Both the position numbers and the translations under genes were made by a program. DNA of 64,000 nt from Octopus sinensis (taxonomy: Eukaryota), in assembly GCF_006345805.1 (NCBI RefSeq), contig NC_042998.1:171926001-171990000 (forward strand). Reading direction: 5' to 3'. Positions 1-13,487 of this stretch are shown here, piece by piece (the stretch's first letter is position 1; every line of letters starts with the position of its first letter). The notes beneath the pieces were generated by a model. That model searched no databases and was not told the origin of the DNA. It saw nothing but the letters and a program-made list of their open reading frames with translations.

Positions 1-110
1 GACCAGGCCATACCCTTTCTAGTTAGAAAGTCTTTTCCAGATGATGATATGTATGACCCAAGATATTTGTAATCAGAAACCATATTTAAGGGCGCATTGT
101 AAATACATAT

Positions 111-168
<58 letters not shown>

Positions 169-173
169 ACACC

Positions 174-205
<32 letters not shown>

Positions 206-208
<3 letters not shown>

Positions 209-1110
209 CTATACAATATGTTACATTACTCGGTAGTCAAGATAAAACTCTGAGTTTCAGATGCCGAAGTGGAAATCCACAACACCATCTCTTCGGTTAT
301 CTGGCTATTTGAAAACGTTATGAAAAAATACCGTTAAATAAAGGGAAATTACTCTGTTATAACTCTGCTTGCCTGCGTACTTATACATCGCTCGCATTTT
401 TCGTCATAAAAATTATATAAAAATACATAAAAAATATATGAAAATATATAAAAATATATAAAAAATATATAAAAATATATAAATTCTTCTTGGGACATAA
501 CATAGAAAGCATGTTCTATCTGTTCTCTTTAGGGGACTAAAAACGTAACAGAAATTTAGTCACATGTGGGCATGATCCGAAAAGCTCTGTCCTTGTATTT
601 AGACATGTAGTAGGGTCTAAGCTGCTTTTCCAGATAAGAGAGATGGCTTATCTGGAAAATCAGCTTAGACCCTACTACATGTCTAAATACAAGGACAGAG
701 CTTTTCGGATTATGCCCACATGTGACTAAATTTCTGTTACGTTTTTGGTCCCCTAAAGAGAACAGATAGAACATGCTTTCTATGTTATGTCCCAAGAAGA
801 ATTTATATATTTTTATATATTTTTTATGTATTTTTATATAATTTTTATGACGAAAAATGCGAGCGATGTATAAGTACGCAGGCAAGCAGAGTTATAACAG
901 AGTAATTTCCCTTTATTTAACGGTATTTTTCATAACGTTTTCAAATAGCCAGATAACCGAAGAGATGGTGTTGTGGATTTCCACTTCGGCATCTGAAACT
1001 CAGAGTTTTATCTTGACTACCGAGTAATGTAACATATTGTATAGATAAATTTCCTCTATTTACATATATTGAGGTCTCTTTCTTTCTTTTGTTATCTTAC
1101 CGTTTATCAA
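206..1110 (+). mobile_element. Non-autonomous Penelope-like/retrozyme-type element with an inverted duplication (long palindrome, arms ~206-638 and ~647-1047)
   Basis: The arms are near-perfect reverse complements around an 8-nt loop (agagatgg, 639-646). Each arm carries a hammerhead-like motif. Flanked by (CA)n/(TA)n tracts; no meaningful ORF. Confidence 0.7.
951..1013 (+). ncRNA. Type-I hammerhead-like motif (U4C variant); mirror copy at 240-302 on the minus strand
   Basis: Stem I agataa/ttatct; core CCGAAGA; stem II gatg...catc with an internal gtgg/ccac hairpin; GAAA; stem III ACTC-A-GAGT; cleavage triplet GUU. Confidence 0.6.
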
Positions 1111-1127
1111 TATATATATATATATAT

Positions 1128-1170
<43 letters not shown>

Positions 1171-2439
1171 CAGGGTGCGGTGAATAAATTGTCCTAAATT
1201 ACGCAAAAATGAAAATAAAACTGACATCTCATTTGAATAGATATATTTAGCAAAATTACATACAAATATTTTGAAATACTAAAAAGTAGATTTATGCAAT
1301 AAAATCATTATTGGCTTCAAACACGGCCTTCAGACAACCTTGGAATCTCCTGCAGCTCTTCTGGACGCTCTCCTTGTTTAAGTAGGTGAATGCTGCCATA
1401 ATCCTGGTCTTCAGTTCATCTTTGGTGTTAGAAGGAGTTTTGTTGGTCTCTCGCTCAACTGCGTCCCACACATAATAATCAAGGAGGTTGCAGTCTGGGG
1501 AGTTAGGTGGCCGGATGCCAGGGGTAATGCGGTCGCAGAAATTGTCTGGCAGCCATGACAGCGTTCTCCTTCTTGTGCGGCATAGAGCAGAGTCCTGTTG
1601 CCAGACATAGGGTCTTCCAGCAGTCACCCTCTTGACCCATAGCAGCACTATCTCCTTCAGGCACTTGATATAGACCTCTGTGTTGAGTATGAGGCTGTGT
1701 GAGAAGGTGAATGGAGGCATCACTCTAAACACCATGATGTTGACTGAAAGTTTGATTTTTATCACTCTAAGTACATATTTTGAAGACATGTCAAGCTAAC
1801 GGTTGTTCTGTGTGTTCACCATCTGATCCTGGCAGAATTTTTTCTCCTCTGAGAAAAATCAAAGCATGTTCAGTTGGAGGGGATGTTTATGTTTGTTCAA
1901 AAGTTTCGTAGCGCGATATTTTCCTCTTGTCCTTCATGGCTTGGGATAAAAATTAGCCGTTTCTCATCTTGTATGAGGAATACCGAATGTTTTCATGCAC
2001 TACCTGCCTGATAAGAAACTCAGGCACTCCAATGTCCCTGGCGAATAACTTGATTGACTTGGAGGAATCGTTGTCAATCATGGCCTGGATCTCACCAACA
2101 AATTCAGTAGTCTTTTTCTTATCAGAACGATCAGAGTGAGTTTCCCAAGCTGCCGTACCTTCGCAATCCCCATTAGACTCATCCAAATCTCTCCGAATCC
2201 TCTGCACTGTCCTTAGATTGACACCCAAACACTGTGAAATGTTCGTATTGGAGCTTCCGGCGCAAATACCAGGCAGTACAGCATGTCGTTTCCAAATTTC
2301 TGGCAAAGTGAATTGCGTCGTGGTGGTGTTTTTCTCACAGACAGTACCCAACTATATTGAGTAGTCGACAAAATCAAAAACAATGTGCGTGCGCAAAATT
2401 AAAAACATAGAATGGTAACAGTTTACCCATCACGCCCTA
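1171..2439 (-). mobile_element. Tc1/mariner DNA transposon, DD37D (maT) type, disrupted transposase
   Basis: ORFs 1953-2351 (HTH region) and 1292-1789 (WQQDSA...PPNSPDCNLLDYYVW). 37 residues separate the last two catalytic Asp. Imperfect TIRs cagggtgcggtgaataaattgt / acagtttacccatcacgcccta; TA at the left flank. Confidence 0.9.
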
Positions 2440-2470
2440 TTTACACACAATATATATATATATATATATA

Positions 2471-2517
<47 letters not shown>

Positions 2518-2689
2518 TGAACCCTCATTCATCGTCTTCGATGAGAAAATCCACCATATATATATATATATATATATATCATACAAATAAGAAAATGGAG
2601 AAACAAATTTAGTATATTGGATAAATACTATCCCATAGTGGGTTACACCCATAACCCCTATCTTACTTTGTGTGTGTGTATATATAATG

Positions 2690-2890
2690 TGACCTCGTGA
2701 AGACTACCTGCAATTTTTTTTCCTCTGTCCTCCCGTCTCGGGATCTTTCTTTCTCCTATGTTTCCGACGAAGAGCTCCGCTCGAAACGTCATACCTTCCT
2801 TCTTCCATTTTCCTGAGCGCCTAATAATAATAATACTGTAATTGTTCCACGTGTTGTTGTTTTTTCTGCTTTCCCGTTTGGATTAACCTT
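2690..2890 (+). mobile_element. Penelope-like 3' fragment with a degenerate minimal hammerhead (2760-2794)
   Basis: gttt-CCGACGA-a-gagc-tcc-gctc-GAAACGTC-atac; ends in (TA)n. Confidence 0.5.
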
Positions 2891-2910
2891 ATATATATAT
2901 ATATATATAT

Positions 2911-3307
2911 TCTAGTATTCTATTCTTTTAGTCTATACTGGACCACCGCGTTTAGTCGAACAAATCACTCCCAGGACTTATTCTTTGTAAGCCCAGTACT
3001 TATTCAATCGGTCTCTTTTGCTGAACCACTGAGTTACAGAGACGTAAACACACTAACATCGGTGTTAAGCGATGGTGGCGGGATAAACACAGACACACAA
3101 ATACACATTCGCGCGCACACACACAAAAACACACACACATATACTCCAGGCTTGTTTCAGTTTTCGTCTACCAAATCCACTCACAAGGCTTTGGTTGGCC
3201 CGGGTCTATAGTAGAAGACACTTGCACAAGGTGTCACGCAGTGGGACTGAACCCGGAACCATGTGGTTGGGAAGCAAGTTTCTTACGACACAGCCACTCC
3301 TGCGCCT
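2911..3307 (-). mobile_element. tRNA-derived SINE (major octopus-type family with internal microsatellite)
   Basis: Reverse complement of the head ggcgcaggagtggctgtg..taag...ggttccgggttcagtccc (A/B-box-like); same body as the other copies. Confidence 0.85.
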
Positions 3308-3353
3308 ATTATATATATATATATATAGATATATATATATTATATATATATAT

Positions 3354-3425
<72 letters not shown>

Positions 3426-3658
3426 TATATATATATACATATAATATAATATACATATATATATATAATCTTTTCAAATTGTATTTTTGTACTTTCGTAC
3501 ATCCACCCTGTAATGTTTTGTTTTCCCGAACCCTAATTATCCGAAATTTTGCGGAGGCCCCGAAACGATTATATATATATATATATATATAATATATATA
3601 TGTATGTGTGTGGGGTGTGCGCGCGCGCGCGTATATATTATATATATAATATATATAT

Positions 3659-3695
<37 letters not shown>

Positions 3696-3879
3696 GAGAG
3701 AGACAGGAGTGGCCTATACAAGGAAAATAAGGACGGATCATTCGGAGTTTTCTATCCTCAGTCGAGTTCCTGATTATTTTTGCAATTTCGGCAGTTTATA
3801 CTCAAGATTGCTCCAATCTGGCCAGCCCCAAAGAAATAAGTTAATCAGAAAGTAGAAAGTACTGTACGAGTACTCTGAG

Positions 3880-4195
3880 AATACAGCTGTTTCGTGCAAC
3901 CCAAAGAGGCTAGACTGGTCCACCAAAACAGAACATTGGAGGGGAAGCAGGCATCATACCAACAAAACGCAATGCATGGGTACATATTTTGTAAACTAGA
4001 AGGCAGCAATAGCGTTGAAAGGAAGAGTGACTTCTCTTGTACCTGGGATAGATATATTACACCCGACATAGAATGATATCCCTTCACTATTCAGGAACAG
4101 GAGATAGTTACTAAATACTTGATAAACAACAGAGACAAAGATACCGCCAAACCTCCGCGTTGTGATAAAAATGGTCAGCTCTGCTAAACCCACAT
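3880..4195 (+). mobile_element. Degenerate R4/Dong-like LINE fragment (region between RT and zinc knuckle)
   Basis: Translation MHGYIF...ITPDIE*YPFTIQEQEIVTKYLIN...RCDKNGQLC resembles the HGxY...EG..AxQDQ..T.NY...CRxC block of RLE LINEs. Confidence 0.55.
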
Positions 4196-4253
4196 CATGC
4201 GCTTTCGGTCAGTAATATTGACTGATTATTTTAATAAAAGAAGCGTCGCTTTC

Positions 4254-4357
4254 TAGTCAGTTCAGAGTTGCTCTCTTTTTTTTTTATCTTGAACTGAAGA
4301 GAACTAAAGTGTTCAAAATGCATCACCACTCCAATAGAGAGCGCTTTGAGCTGACTA
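4254..4357 (+). ncRNA. Decayed hammerhead-like motif with an extended flanking helix
   Basis: CTGAAGA-gaac-taaagt-gttc-AAAATGCATC, explicable as CpG decay of C-GAAACGCGTC. Flanked by the inverted repeat tagtcagttcagagttgctctct / agagagcgctttgagctgacta. Confidence 0.45.
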
Positions 4358-5171
4358 AAGTGTTTTGACACCTTTTTGTCTCATGCGAAATCTTTTTCCT
4401 CTTTGATAAACTGTAGCGAAACGCTTTTCACGGTCTCAAATATCTCTCAAACATATTTGAACTGGTCTTAAATGAATTAAATAGTAATCATTAAGAAGCT
4501 AAAGAGCTCTACTACATTGATCCTGTGGTCATATACGGAAGTTTTACTACAGCCATTCCAGAATGTTAGGTTAACGGAACTGTAAGAACATTAGGTTTAA
4601 CGTCTTGTGACATTTGTTCCGGTTCTTTGCGTTCTGAGTTCAAATCCTGCCGTGGCTTACATGAGTGGCATACTTCATCTGTCACTCTGCTTAACACCAC
4701 CACCTGACTTTCGAGGAATTTTTAGCTTAGTTCGCTGTGCTGCACGCATTCGGGTCAGGATTCCGATTTGGGGTTACTTCTCTTCTTCCTTTCTCCCCTC
4801 TTTCTCCTTCCTTCTCTCCATCCATTCGTTCTACAAATCACGGGGGTGGGGTGGGGACTGTGGAAGGTCATGGGTACTGCCTTTCCTTCTGACTACAAAA
4901 AAAAATGATGCAGTACTGAAGAGTACAGAGTAGATGTTGGTTGATGTGGGATCCGTTAGGTGCGACTTCTCAAGTGACAATAATATGAGAGGCGAATTGT
5001 ATCGAGAGGGCTTGGGTAATGGGGTTTGCAGCTTGTTAGTTCACTAAGCACTGTGTACACCACATGAATTGTATCACATAGATTTTAAAGCCATTTGTAC
5101 ATTTATTTACATTCATTGGTTGTACGCAATCTATGTGTGTGCGTGTATATATATATAATATACACTATATA

Positions 5172-5209
<38 letters not shown>

Positions 5210-5855
5210 CACTATATTACATATATATATATAATATATAGACTATGTTACACACACACACACACCACACACATATATATATTATATATATAAATGATAA
5301 TATATATAATATATATATATATATATAATATAATATATAATATATATATATATTATATATATATATATATATATGAATATGCATGTGAGGGCGCGCGCGT
5401 GTGTGTGTATGTACGTGTGAAGAAAAGATAGATAGGTGGACTGTGCACGTGTCAGAGAAAGAGGGAGAAAAACTGGTTAGCATATCACCACAGACATAAA
5501 GAATGCAAAGAAAAAACGCACATGCACGCACACACGTGCGCAACACACACACACACGCACACGCACATATATATTTAGGATATAGCGAGTAAGTAGATAG
5601 GAGTCAGAGAGAGAGAGAGAGAGAGATAGATGGGACGGGAGCTTATATGTGTGCATGCAGGCTAGGGCAGTTGAAGTCTTTTAGTGTATGAATATATTCC
5701 AGAATGCGGTTGTAAAACAGTTTAGTGCAGTTGCATAAACATTCGCGTCGTTATATATTTTAACATATATATTATCGTTACATGTATGCCAATGTGTGTG
5801 GTCCAGCGTTAGTAGCGCATACACAGCTTGTCGCACTCACACACACATTACATAA

Positions 5856-5893
<38 letters not shown>

Positions 5894-6133
5894 TGCATAA
5901 ATGTATGCATGTATTTATGTATGTATGTATGCTTTAGCAAGCTCGCCAATGAAACCAGTCCTCAAAATGGTCTTTTGAAGTTTCCTGACGCTACGATGTT
6001 ACCGTGTATGCTTCAGTATAATTTTCGTGTTTACATTTAAATAAATGTGTGTGTGTTTGTGTGTGTGTGTGTATGTTTGTGTGTGTGAGTGTGTGTACAT
6101 ATGCACATGTTTTTGCTTGTTTGTTTGTTTGTG

Positions 6134-6178
<45 letters not shown>

Positions 6179-6338
6179 ATATTTTGTTATACAAACAACA
6201 GCATTTTTGCCTTCATTTAAATCAGACGTCAGCCTTTACTACTCAAACTGTTGAGTACAATCGGCCGATTGAAGAAAACATTGGTCCGGATGGTAAACTT
6301 ACATATCACAAAGAACAATAATACTTCACACATAATAC

Positions 6339-8635
6339 AGGCGCAGGAGTGGCTGTGTGGTAAGTAGCTTGCTAACCAACCACATGGTTCCGGGTTCAGT
6401 CCCACTGCGTGGCATCTTGGGCAAGTGGTCTTCTGTCTATAGCCCCGGCCGACCAATGCCTTGTGAGTGGATTTGGTAGACGGAAACTGAAAGGAGCCTG
6501 TCGTATATATGTATATATATGTATATGTATGTGTGTTTGTGTGTCTGTGTTTGTCCCCCTAGCATTGCTTGACAACTGATGTTGGTGTGTTTATGTCCCC
6601 GTCACTTAGCGGTTCGGCAAAAGAGACCGATAGAATAAGTACTGGTTACAAAGAATAGTACCGGGGTCGATTTGCTCGACTAAAGGCGGTGCTCCAGCAT
6701 GGCCGCAGTCAAATGACTGAAAACGTAAAAGATAGAAAAAAAGATAGAATACAAATTTTACGCATTTTTAATACTTTGTGCTTAGGCGTGGCTATGCAGC
6801 AAGAAGTTTGCTTCCCGACCACATAGTTCCCGTTCAGTCCCCTGCGTGGCACTTGGGCAAATGTTTTCTACAATAGCCTCGGGTGACCAAAGCTTTGTAA
6901 GCGGATTTGGTAGACGGAAACTGAGAGAAGCCCGTCATATATATATATATATTGATATAGATTGTTTGTGTTTGTGTGTGGTGTGTTTGTCTTTGTGTAC
7001 GAGTTTGTCTCCCATCACCACTTGACAACCGGTGTTGGTGTGGTTAGATCCCCGTGACATTAAGGTTCGGTAAAAGACACGGATAGAATAAATTCCAAAC
7101 TAAAAAAAAAAAAAAAAAAGAAAATAATCATGGCCGTAACCTTCGGGCTGAAACATTTTAAAGGATTAGGATTTAGGGGTCGATTTGATCGACAAAATTT
7201 ATTTAAGGCGGTGCCTCAGCATAGTTGCATTCTAATAAATGAAACAAGAAAAGAAAAGTATAATTATATAGGCGCAGGAGTGGCTGTGTGGTAAGTAGCT
7301 TGCTAACCACCACATGGTTCCGGGTTCAGTCCCACTGCGTGGCATCTTGGAAGTGTCTTCTGCTATAGCCCCGGGCCGACCAATGCCTTGTGAGTGGATT
7401 TGGTAGACGGAAACTGAAAGATGAGCCTGTCGTATATATGTATATATTATATTATGTGTGTTTGTGTGTCTGTGTTTGTCCCCCTAGCATTGCTTGACAA
7501 CTGATGTTGGTGTGTTTATGTCCCCGTCACTTAGCGGTTCGGCAAAAGAGACCGATAGAATAAGTACTGGGCTTACAAAGAATAAGTACCGGGGTCGATT
7601 TGCTCGACTAAAGGCGGTGCTCCAGCATGGCCGCAGTCAAATGACTGAAACAAGTAAAAGATAGAAAGAAAAGATAGAATACAAATTTTACGCATTTTTA
7701 ATACTTTGTGCTTAGGCGTGGCTATGCAGCAAGAAGTTTGCTTCCCGACCACATAGTTCCCGGTTCAGTCCCACTGCGTGGCACCTTGGGCAAATGTTTT
7801 CTACAATAGCCTCGGGTTGACCAAAGCTTTGTAAGCGGATTTGGTAGACGGAAACTGAGAGAAGCCCGTCATATATATATATATATATTGATATAGATTT
7901 GTTTGTGTTTGTGTGTGTGTGTGTTTGTCTTTGTGTACGAGTTTGTCTCCCATCACCACTTGACAACCGGTGTTGGTGTGGTTAGATCCCCGTGACATTA
8001 AGGGTTCGGTAAAAGACACGGATAGAATAAATTCCAAACTAAAAAAAAAAAAAAAAAAGAAAATAATCATGGCCGTAACCTTCGGGCTGAAACATTTTAA
8101 AGGATTTAAGGATTTAGGGGGTCGATTTGATCGACAAAATTTCTTTAAGGCGGTGCCTCAGCATAGTTGCATTCTAATAAATGAAACAAGAAAAAGGAAA
8201 AGTATAAGTATATAGGCGCAGGAGTGGCTGTGTGGTAAGTAGCTTGCTAACCAACCACATGGTTCCGGGTTCAGTCCCACTGCGTGGCATCTTGGGCAAG
8301 TGTCTTCTGCTATAGCCCCGGGCCGACCAATGCCTTGTGAGTGGATTTGGTAGACGGAAACTGAAAGAAGCCTGTCGTATATATGTATATATATATATAA
8401 GTGTGTGTGTGTATATGTTTGTGTGTCTGTGTTTGTCCCCCAAGCATTGCTTGACAACCGATGCTGGTGTGTTTACGTCCCCGTCACTTAGCGGTTCGGC
8501 AAAAGAGACCGATAGAATAAGTACTGGGCTTACAAAGAATAAGTCCTGGGGTCGATTTGCTCGACTAAAGACGGTGCTCCAGCATTGCCGCAGTCAAATG
8601 ACTGAAACAAGTAAAAGAGTAAAAGAGTAAAGAGT
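6339..8635 (+). mobile_element. Array of five head-to-tail tRNA-derived SINEs (6339, 6784, 7270, 7714, 8214); includes a ~935 bp tandem duplication
   Basis: Repeated ggcgcaggagtggctgtgtggtaag / ggcgtggctatgcagcaag heads and A-rich gtaaaaga tails. 6339-7269 is nearly identical to 7270-8213. Confidence 0.9.
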
Positions 8636-8760
8636 ATATGAATAGGTGTGGGTATGGCTGTATGGTCAGACAAGTTTAGAGTTTGGCCCCACTTCGTGAC
8701 AGTTAGGGCAAGTGTTGATAACACTAGAAATTGTGTCGAAACACACATTCTGTCTATCTG

Positions 8761-8813
<53 letters not shown>

Positions 8814-9199
8814 GCCTATGAATGTATGTCCATGTATGTTACACGTACATACATATAATGATAATGCATACATCACGGACATAGATAAACACGCACACAC
8901 GCGCGCGCGCACACACACACACACAACACACACACATACATGCAGACGCAGAGAGACACACACATATACATTCAAACACATACAGATACACACTCATATC
9001 CTCCGTTCCATGGACGCTGCACGCCTTTAGGGAATAGTGGCCGTGACGTTATCACACATGGCATGTCAGAACATATTAAAACCGGTGAATGCATGTATAT
9101 GCGTATGTGTGCGTGTGTGTGCATGTGTGTATGTGTTTGTGTGTATATAAATATGCATGTGTGTATATATGAATATATATATATATATATATCTTATAT

Positions 9200-9620
9200 A
9201 CTTTTATTCATTTATTTGTTTCAGCCATTAGACTGCAGCCAAGCTGGAGCACTGCTTTCAAGTCTTTTTGTCGAACAATTCGGCTCCGAGACTTATTTTA
9301 AAGCCTAGTACTTACTCTATCAGTGTCTTTGCTGAGCCTGTAAATTACCGGGACGCAAACACACCAACACCGGTCGTCAAGCGATGATGGGAGAGGGGGG
9401 CAAACACAGATACAAAGACACACATACATGAATATATAATATATATATATGGATATACGACGTGCTTCTCTTAGTTTTCGCCTGCCTAAACCACTCACTA
9501 GGCTTTCGTCGGCCCGAGGGTAAAATAGAAGACACCTGCCTAAGGTGTCACGCAGTGGGACTAAACCCGGAAGTATGTGGTTGGATAGCAAGCTTCTTGC
9601 CAGACAGCTTCGCCTGCACC
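9200..9620 (-). mobile_element. tRNA-derived SINE, diverged copy
   Basis: Reverse-complement match to the family in 6339-8635. Confidence 0.8.
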
Positions 9621-9644
9621 TATATCTATCTATCTATCTATCTG

Positions 9645-9727
<83 letters not shown>

Positions 9728-9732
9728 GTCTC

Positions 9733-11923
9733 TCAGAGTACTGCAACTGGCAGCAAAATGGTAGCATCCCCGGTTTTGTGAGCCGAGGAGGTGTAACGCT
9801 GCTGAAGAAAGATCCAAACAGGGGGGACGTAATAGATAATTTTGGGCCCATCACTCTGCTCAATGCAGACTTGAAAATTTTGGCCAAGGCGTTAACCAAG
9901 AGGTTGGCGCTTGTCATCGAGAAACTGGTCGACAAGGCGCAAACATGCTCCGTGCCGGGCCGGAGCATCCATGACAACCTCCATCTGATGCGCTACATCA
10001 TAAACAGGGTAGTTAAGGAACCTGGTATGGGTGGGGACCTGATCAATTTTGATCAATCGAAAGCTTTCGATAGGGTAAACCATCGATACTTGGAGGCTGT
10101 CCCCATAGCGGCTGGTTTCGGTCCCGTCTTCCGCAGCTGGATAGCTGCTTTGTACAGAGGCATCCGTTCGGTAATTCGCGTAAATGAACATCTATCGAGA
10201 CCTTTCGACATTGCACGTTCGGTCCGTCAGGGATGCCCCCTCTCGTTGCTTCTATACGTATTGACTCTCCTGCCACTACTGCGGAAGTTGGCGACTCTGA
10301 GGGGCATCCCGCGAGAATTGAGATGCGGGACGTGCGTGTCTACATACGCGGACCACGTCACCGTCATAGTGTCTAGCCAAAAGCACATCGAGCTGGTCGG
10401 CGAGACACTGAAAGACTACGAAGCGGTAACAGGAACAAAAATAAACCGGGAAAAGTCAGTGGGCTTGCGGCTCGGCACCTGGAGAAGCAAGCCCATGCCG
10501 TCCACCAGCGCCTCCGTCGTTGGACGCTGGACAGAGGGTCCGAGAGGAAGCTGTCCCTAAAAGGTCGGGCGGAGGTGGCGAACACGTACATTGCGTCCGT
10601 CATCTACTACTACCTGACCGTCGTGCCTTGTCCCAACCCTACCATCGCCAAACTAGAACCCATTCTCTTCTGCTTCTTGTGGAAAGGATGTGTTCCGATG
10701 GTCAAGCGATCCATTTGCTATCAACACCCGTTAAAAAGAGGGCTGGGCATGCCGTGGTTAATGATGCGCAGACACACGCTGAGACTGCGACATCTCCGGC
10801 TCTACGTAGACGACGCTGAACAGGCGTGGTCGCCGTTTATGAGGCACGCTTTCCCGCAGCTCGTCTTCATGACCGAACTGCAGTCGTGGATCAAAAAGAG
10901 GCCGAGGAAGGGCGAATGGCACCGCGAGTGTCACGTTGCTCTCAAGCAACAATGCCGTCCCGGTGGACCTTGAACGACTTCAACATAACCAAAGTATTCT
11001 ATAGGGGATTAGTGAAGGGGAGGTACGACGACGATCTCGGGGCGAACCTGGGCGTTAACGAGGAATACCTGACCCGCCTGTTCAAGACAACTTTCGGACA
11101 GGGACCTATGGACAACTTCCAGAGATATCCTGGCCTAGCAGTGCTATCGAGAAGCGCTACCCGTTCGGGATAAGCTTTACAGACATGGCTCGAGAAACAC
11201 GAGGCCGACCTGTCCGAGATGCAGTCAGAGCGACGAAACCGTCCTGCACTCACTCGTACAGTGTCAAACCATTTCCGACCTATCGCGTGTGGGACGAATT
11301 CGTTTATCAACCGAGTCTATCGTGAATATTGTTTTGTCCCCTTCGTTGAAACGGGAAGGAAGGGTCATTTTAATCGTACTTGTGGCTATGGCGAAAGAAT
11401 GTGCATAGTGGAGGCGTCTGAAAGGTCTAGAGACAAACTCTTTCCTCTCTGGTCGATCTCTCATCAACTTCTCCAAATTTCTTTGAAGAGGAAAGTGAGA
11501 ATAAAGAGGGAAGCTTTGTCTAGTGAATGTTTCAAAAAAAGATGGGTGAATGTAACAAGGATGGCACGTGTGAATGACGGAGCCAGCTTGAGTATAATCC
11601 TATGAACCAAAAAAATAAATAAATAAAAAATAAAACAAAAAAAAGAGAGCCACTTACTGTAATGTGTTTTCTTTTTAAATGACACTATTGCCCAAGGTTC
11701 CCATGGTCTTTTCCGTAGGCTTTTCTATCCACGGACAAGCCTAATCTGTTTTCCCTTTTTACATTGACATTTCTGTGATATACGATCCCTATTAATCGGC
11801 CCCACTTTTTTTACGATGCCTTTTGATCGAAATTCGACCTTTTCCCCCTCTTCTTCCCAAAAAGAAAAGCTCTACTTTGTATTTTGTCCCTTCTGTATAC
11901 TGCTCTGCGTGGCCAATACAGAA
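9733..11923 (+). mobile_element. 5'-truncated L1/Tx1-clade LINE (ORF2 RT to CCHC, plus 3' UTR), frameshifted
   Basis: NFGPITLLNADLKILAK, DQSKAFDRV, GCPLS, YADH (from YADD), GGLG-like RGLGMP and TCPRCSQSDETVLHSLVQC. Stop at 11605. Both ends abut (TATC)n. Confidence 0.92.
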
Positions 11924-12002
<79 letters not shown>

Positions 12003-12029
12003 AATAAGCAACAAGGATATCCAGAGGTA

Positions 12030-12117
12030 ATGCAGTACGATCGTTTCAAGCAACTCCATTTAATTGAACAATGCAATCATTATATCAATTTAAATGTAGA
12101 GCAATCCTCAGCTGCAT
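12030..12117 (-). ncRNA. Type-I hammerhead ribozyme motif
   Basis: Minus strand: atgcag-CTGAGGA-long stem II-GAAACGATCGTA-ctgcat. 6-bp stem I, palindromic stem III ACGATCGT, GUA cleavage triplet; the stem II base has U-U mismatches. Confidence 0.7.
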
Positions 12118-12337
12118 AAAGACATAGAATTAAATTAAATTAAAACAGATGGACGCATTAATATAATTTTACCTAAAACCTCCAAGAAGGTAAGGAGATA
12201 GACAAAGAACATGCTGTCTTCGCTTCAGCTTATAAGCTACTAAGGTATCAGGAAGAAAGACTTGTTAGAGATCTAGCTTGTCACTGTTTTTTGGGGTCAG
12301 CTTTATTTTATAGTCCTGTTTATCAAATCTTTGTATA

Positions 12338-12653
12338 TCAAAATGAAATTTAAAGTTGATAAGCACCGTTGGAAAGTATATCCACTCGCCAGAGAAAAGG
12401 ATAAATTTCAGTAGAAGAAATCAAATGAAGGGAATGCTATTTTGTTACCATGGATTTATTTTACTTTTTCAAAATTTGTAGCTCAAATATATACCAACAC
12501 AGATTTATAACGATACTTTGTTAAATAACACCTTTCTCAGTCGATTTTAAATAGCATTTCCCTCATTCGATTTCCTCCACTGAAATTCATCCTTTTCTCT
12601 GATGAAATCATATACTTCCCAACGATGCTTATCAACTTTAGATTTCATTTTGA
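12338..12653. mobile_element. Foldback/MITE-like element with ~105 bp inverted arms
   Basis: 12338-12443 (tcaaaatgaaatttaaagttgataagcaccgttgg...) is the imperfect reverse complement of 12549-12653. Confidence 0.65.
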
Positions 12654-12934
12654 GAGGCAGTATATCCATGAAACGATCAACTTTCAAAACTTTAAAAAAT
12701 TATTTTTAATGATCATAGCAGTATTTTATCTATATATTTATTAATACAATATTGCTTATATTATGTACTTATCTCTACTGTGATTTTTAAGATATAACTT
12801 TTCTTACTTTTTACTCTCTAATATATAATCCCTCTCATTGAATCTCTAACTATATTTTTAAGGTTTTAGACATATCTCATACCAAGTACATTTATCTGAC
12901 ATCCAGTATATACTGTTTTCAAGGAATATTTGAT

Positions 12935-12996
<62 letters not shown>

Positions 12997-13487
12997 TGAT
13001 AGATAGATAATAGTATATATAGATAGATAGATAGATATAGATAGATAGATAGATAGATAAGATAGGTATTTACATACATATAAGAGGGAATTACCACTAT
13101 GTGGAAACCCTAATGCTAGAAGTAGATCCACTATGGTCTTACCACTAAGAATTGATCTCTAGAAAATTTAGCAAACATCAGAAACGTAAGCGAGCAAGAC
13201 GAATGAAAAGCAACAAAAATATAGATTAATCATAAGCAATGTTTCACTATAAACAAATTACGTAATTTTACTTACGAAGACTTTCGAAAAATAACCACAA
13301 GTGTAATAGGAAGAACTGCATACATATTCAACCTCGTGTTGATGTCTGGTGTTTAGTTCTTCAAATTATATTTGTATGGACGATCATACTGAAGATCTAC
13401 AGAAAAGTTGCTTTATTAGAAATCATTCTTTCTCGCTTTTGGGACCCCTCAAAAAGTTTGAATTGTTTCTCTTTGAACTTATTTTTC

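Noticed and set aside
3730-3770. CTGAGGA...GAA hammerhead-like motif on the minus strand
   Set aside because: GAAA is incomplete (GAAT) and no consistent stem I was found.
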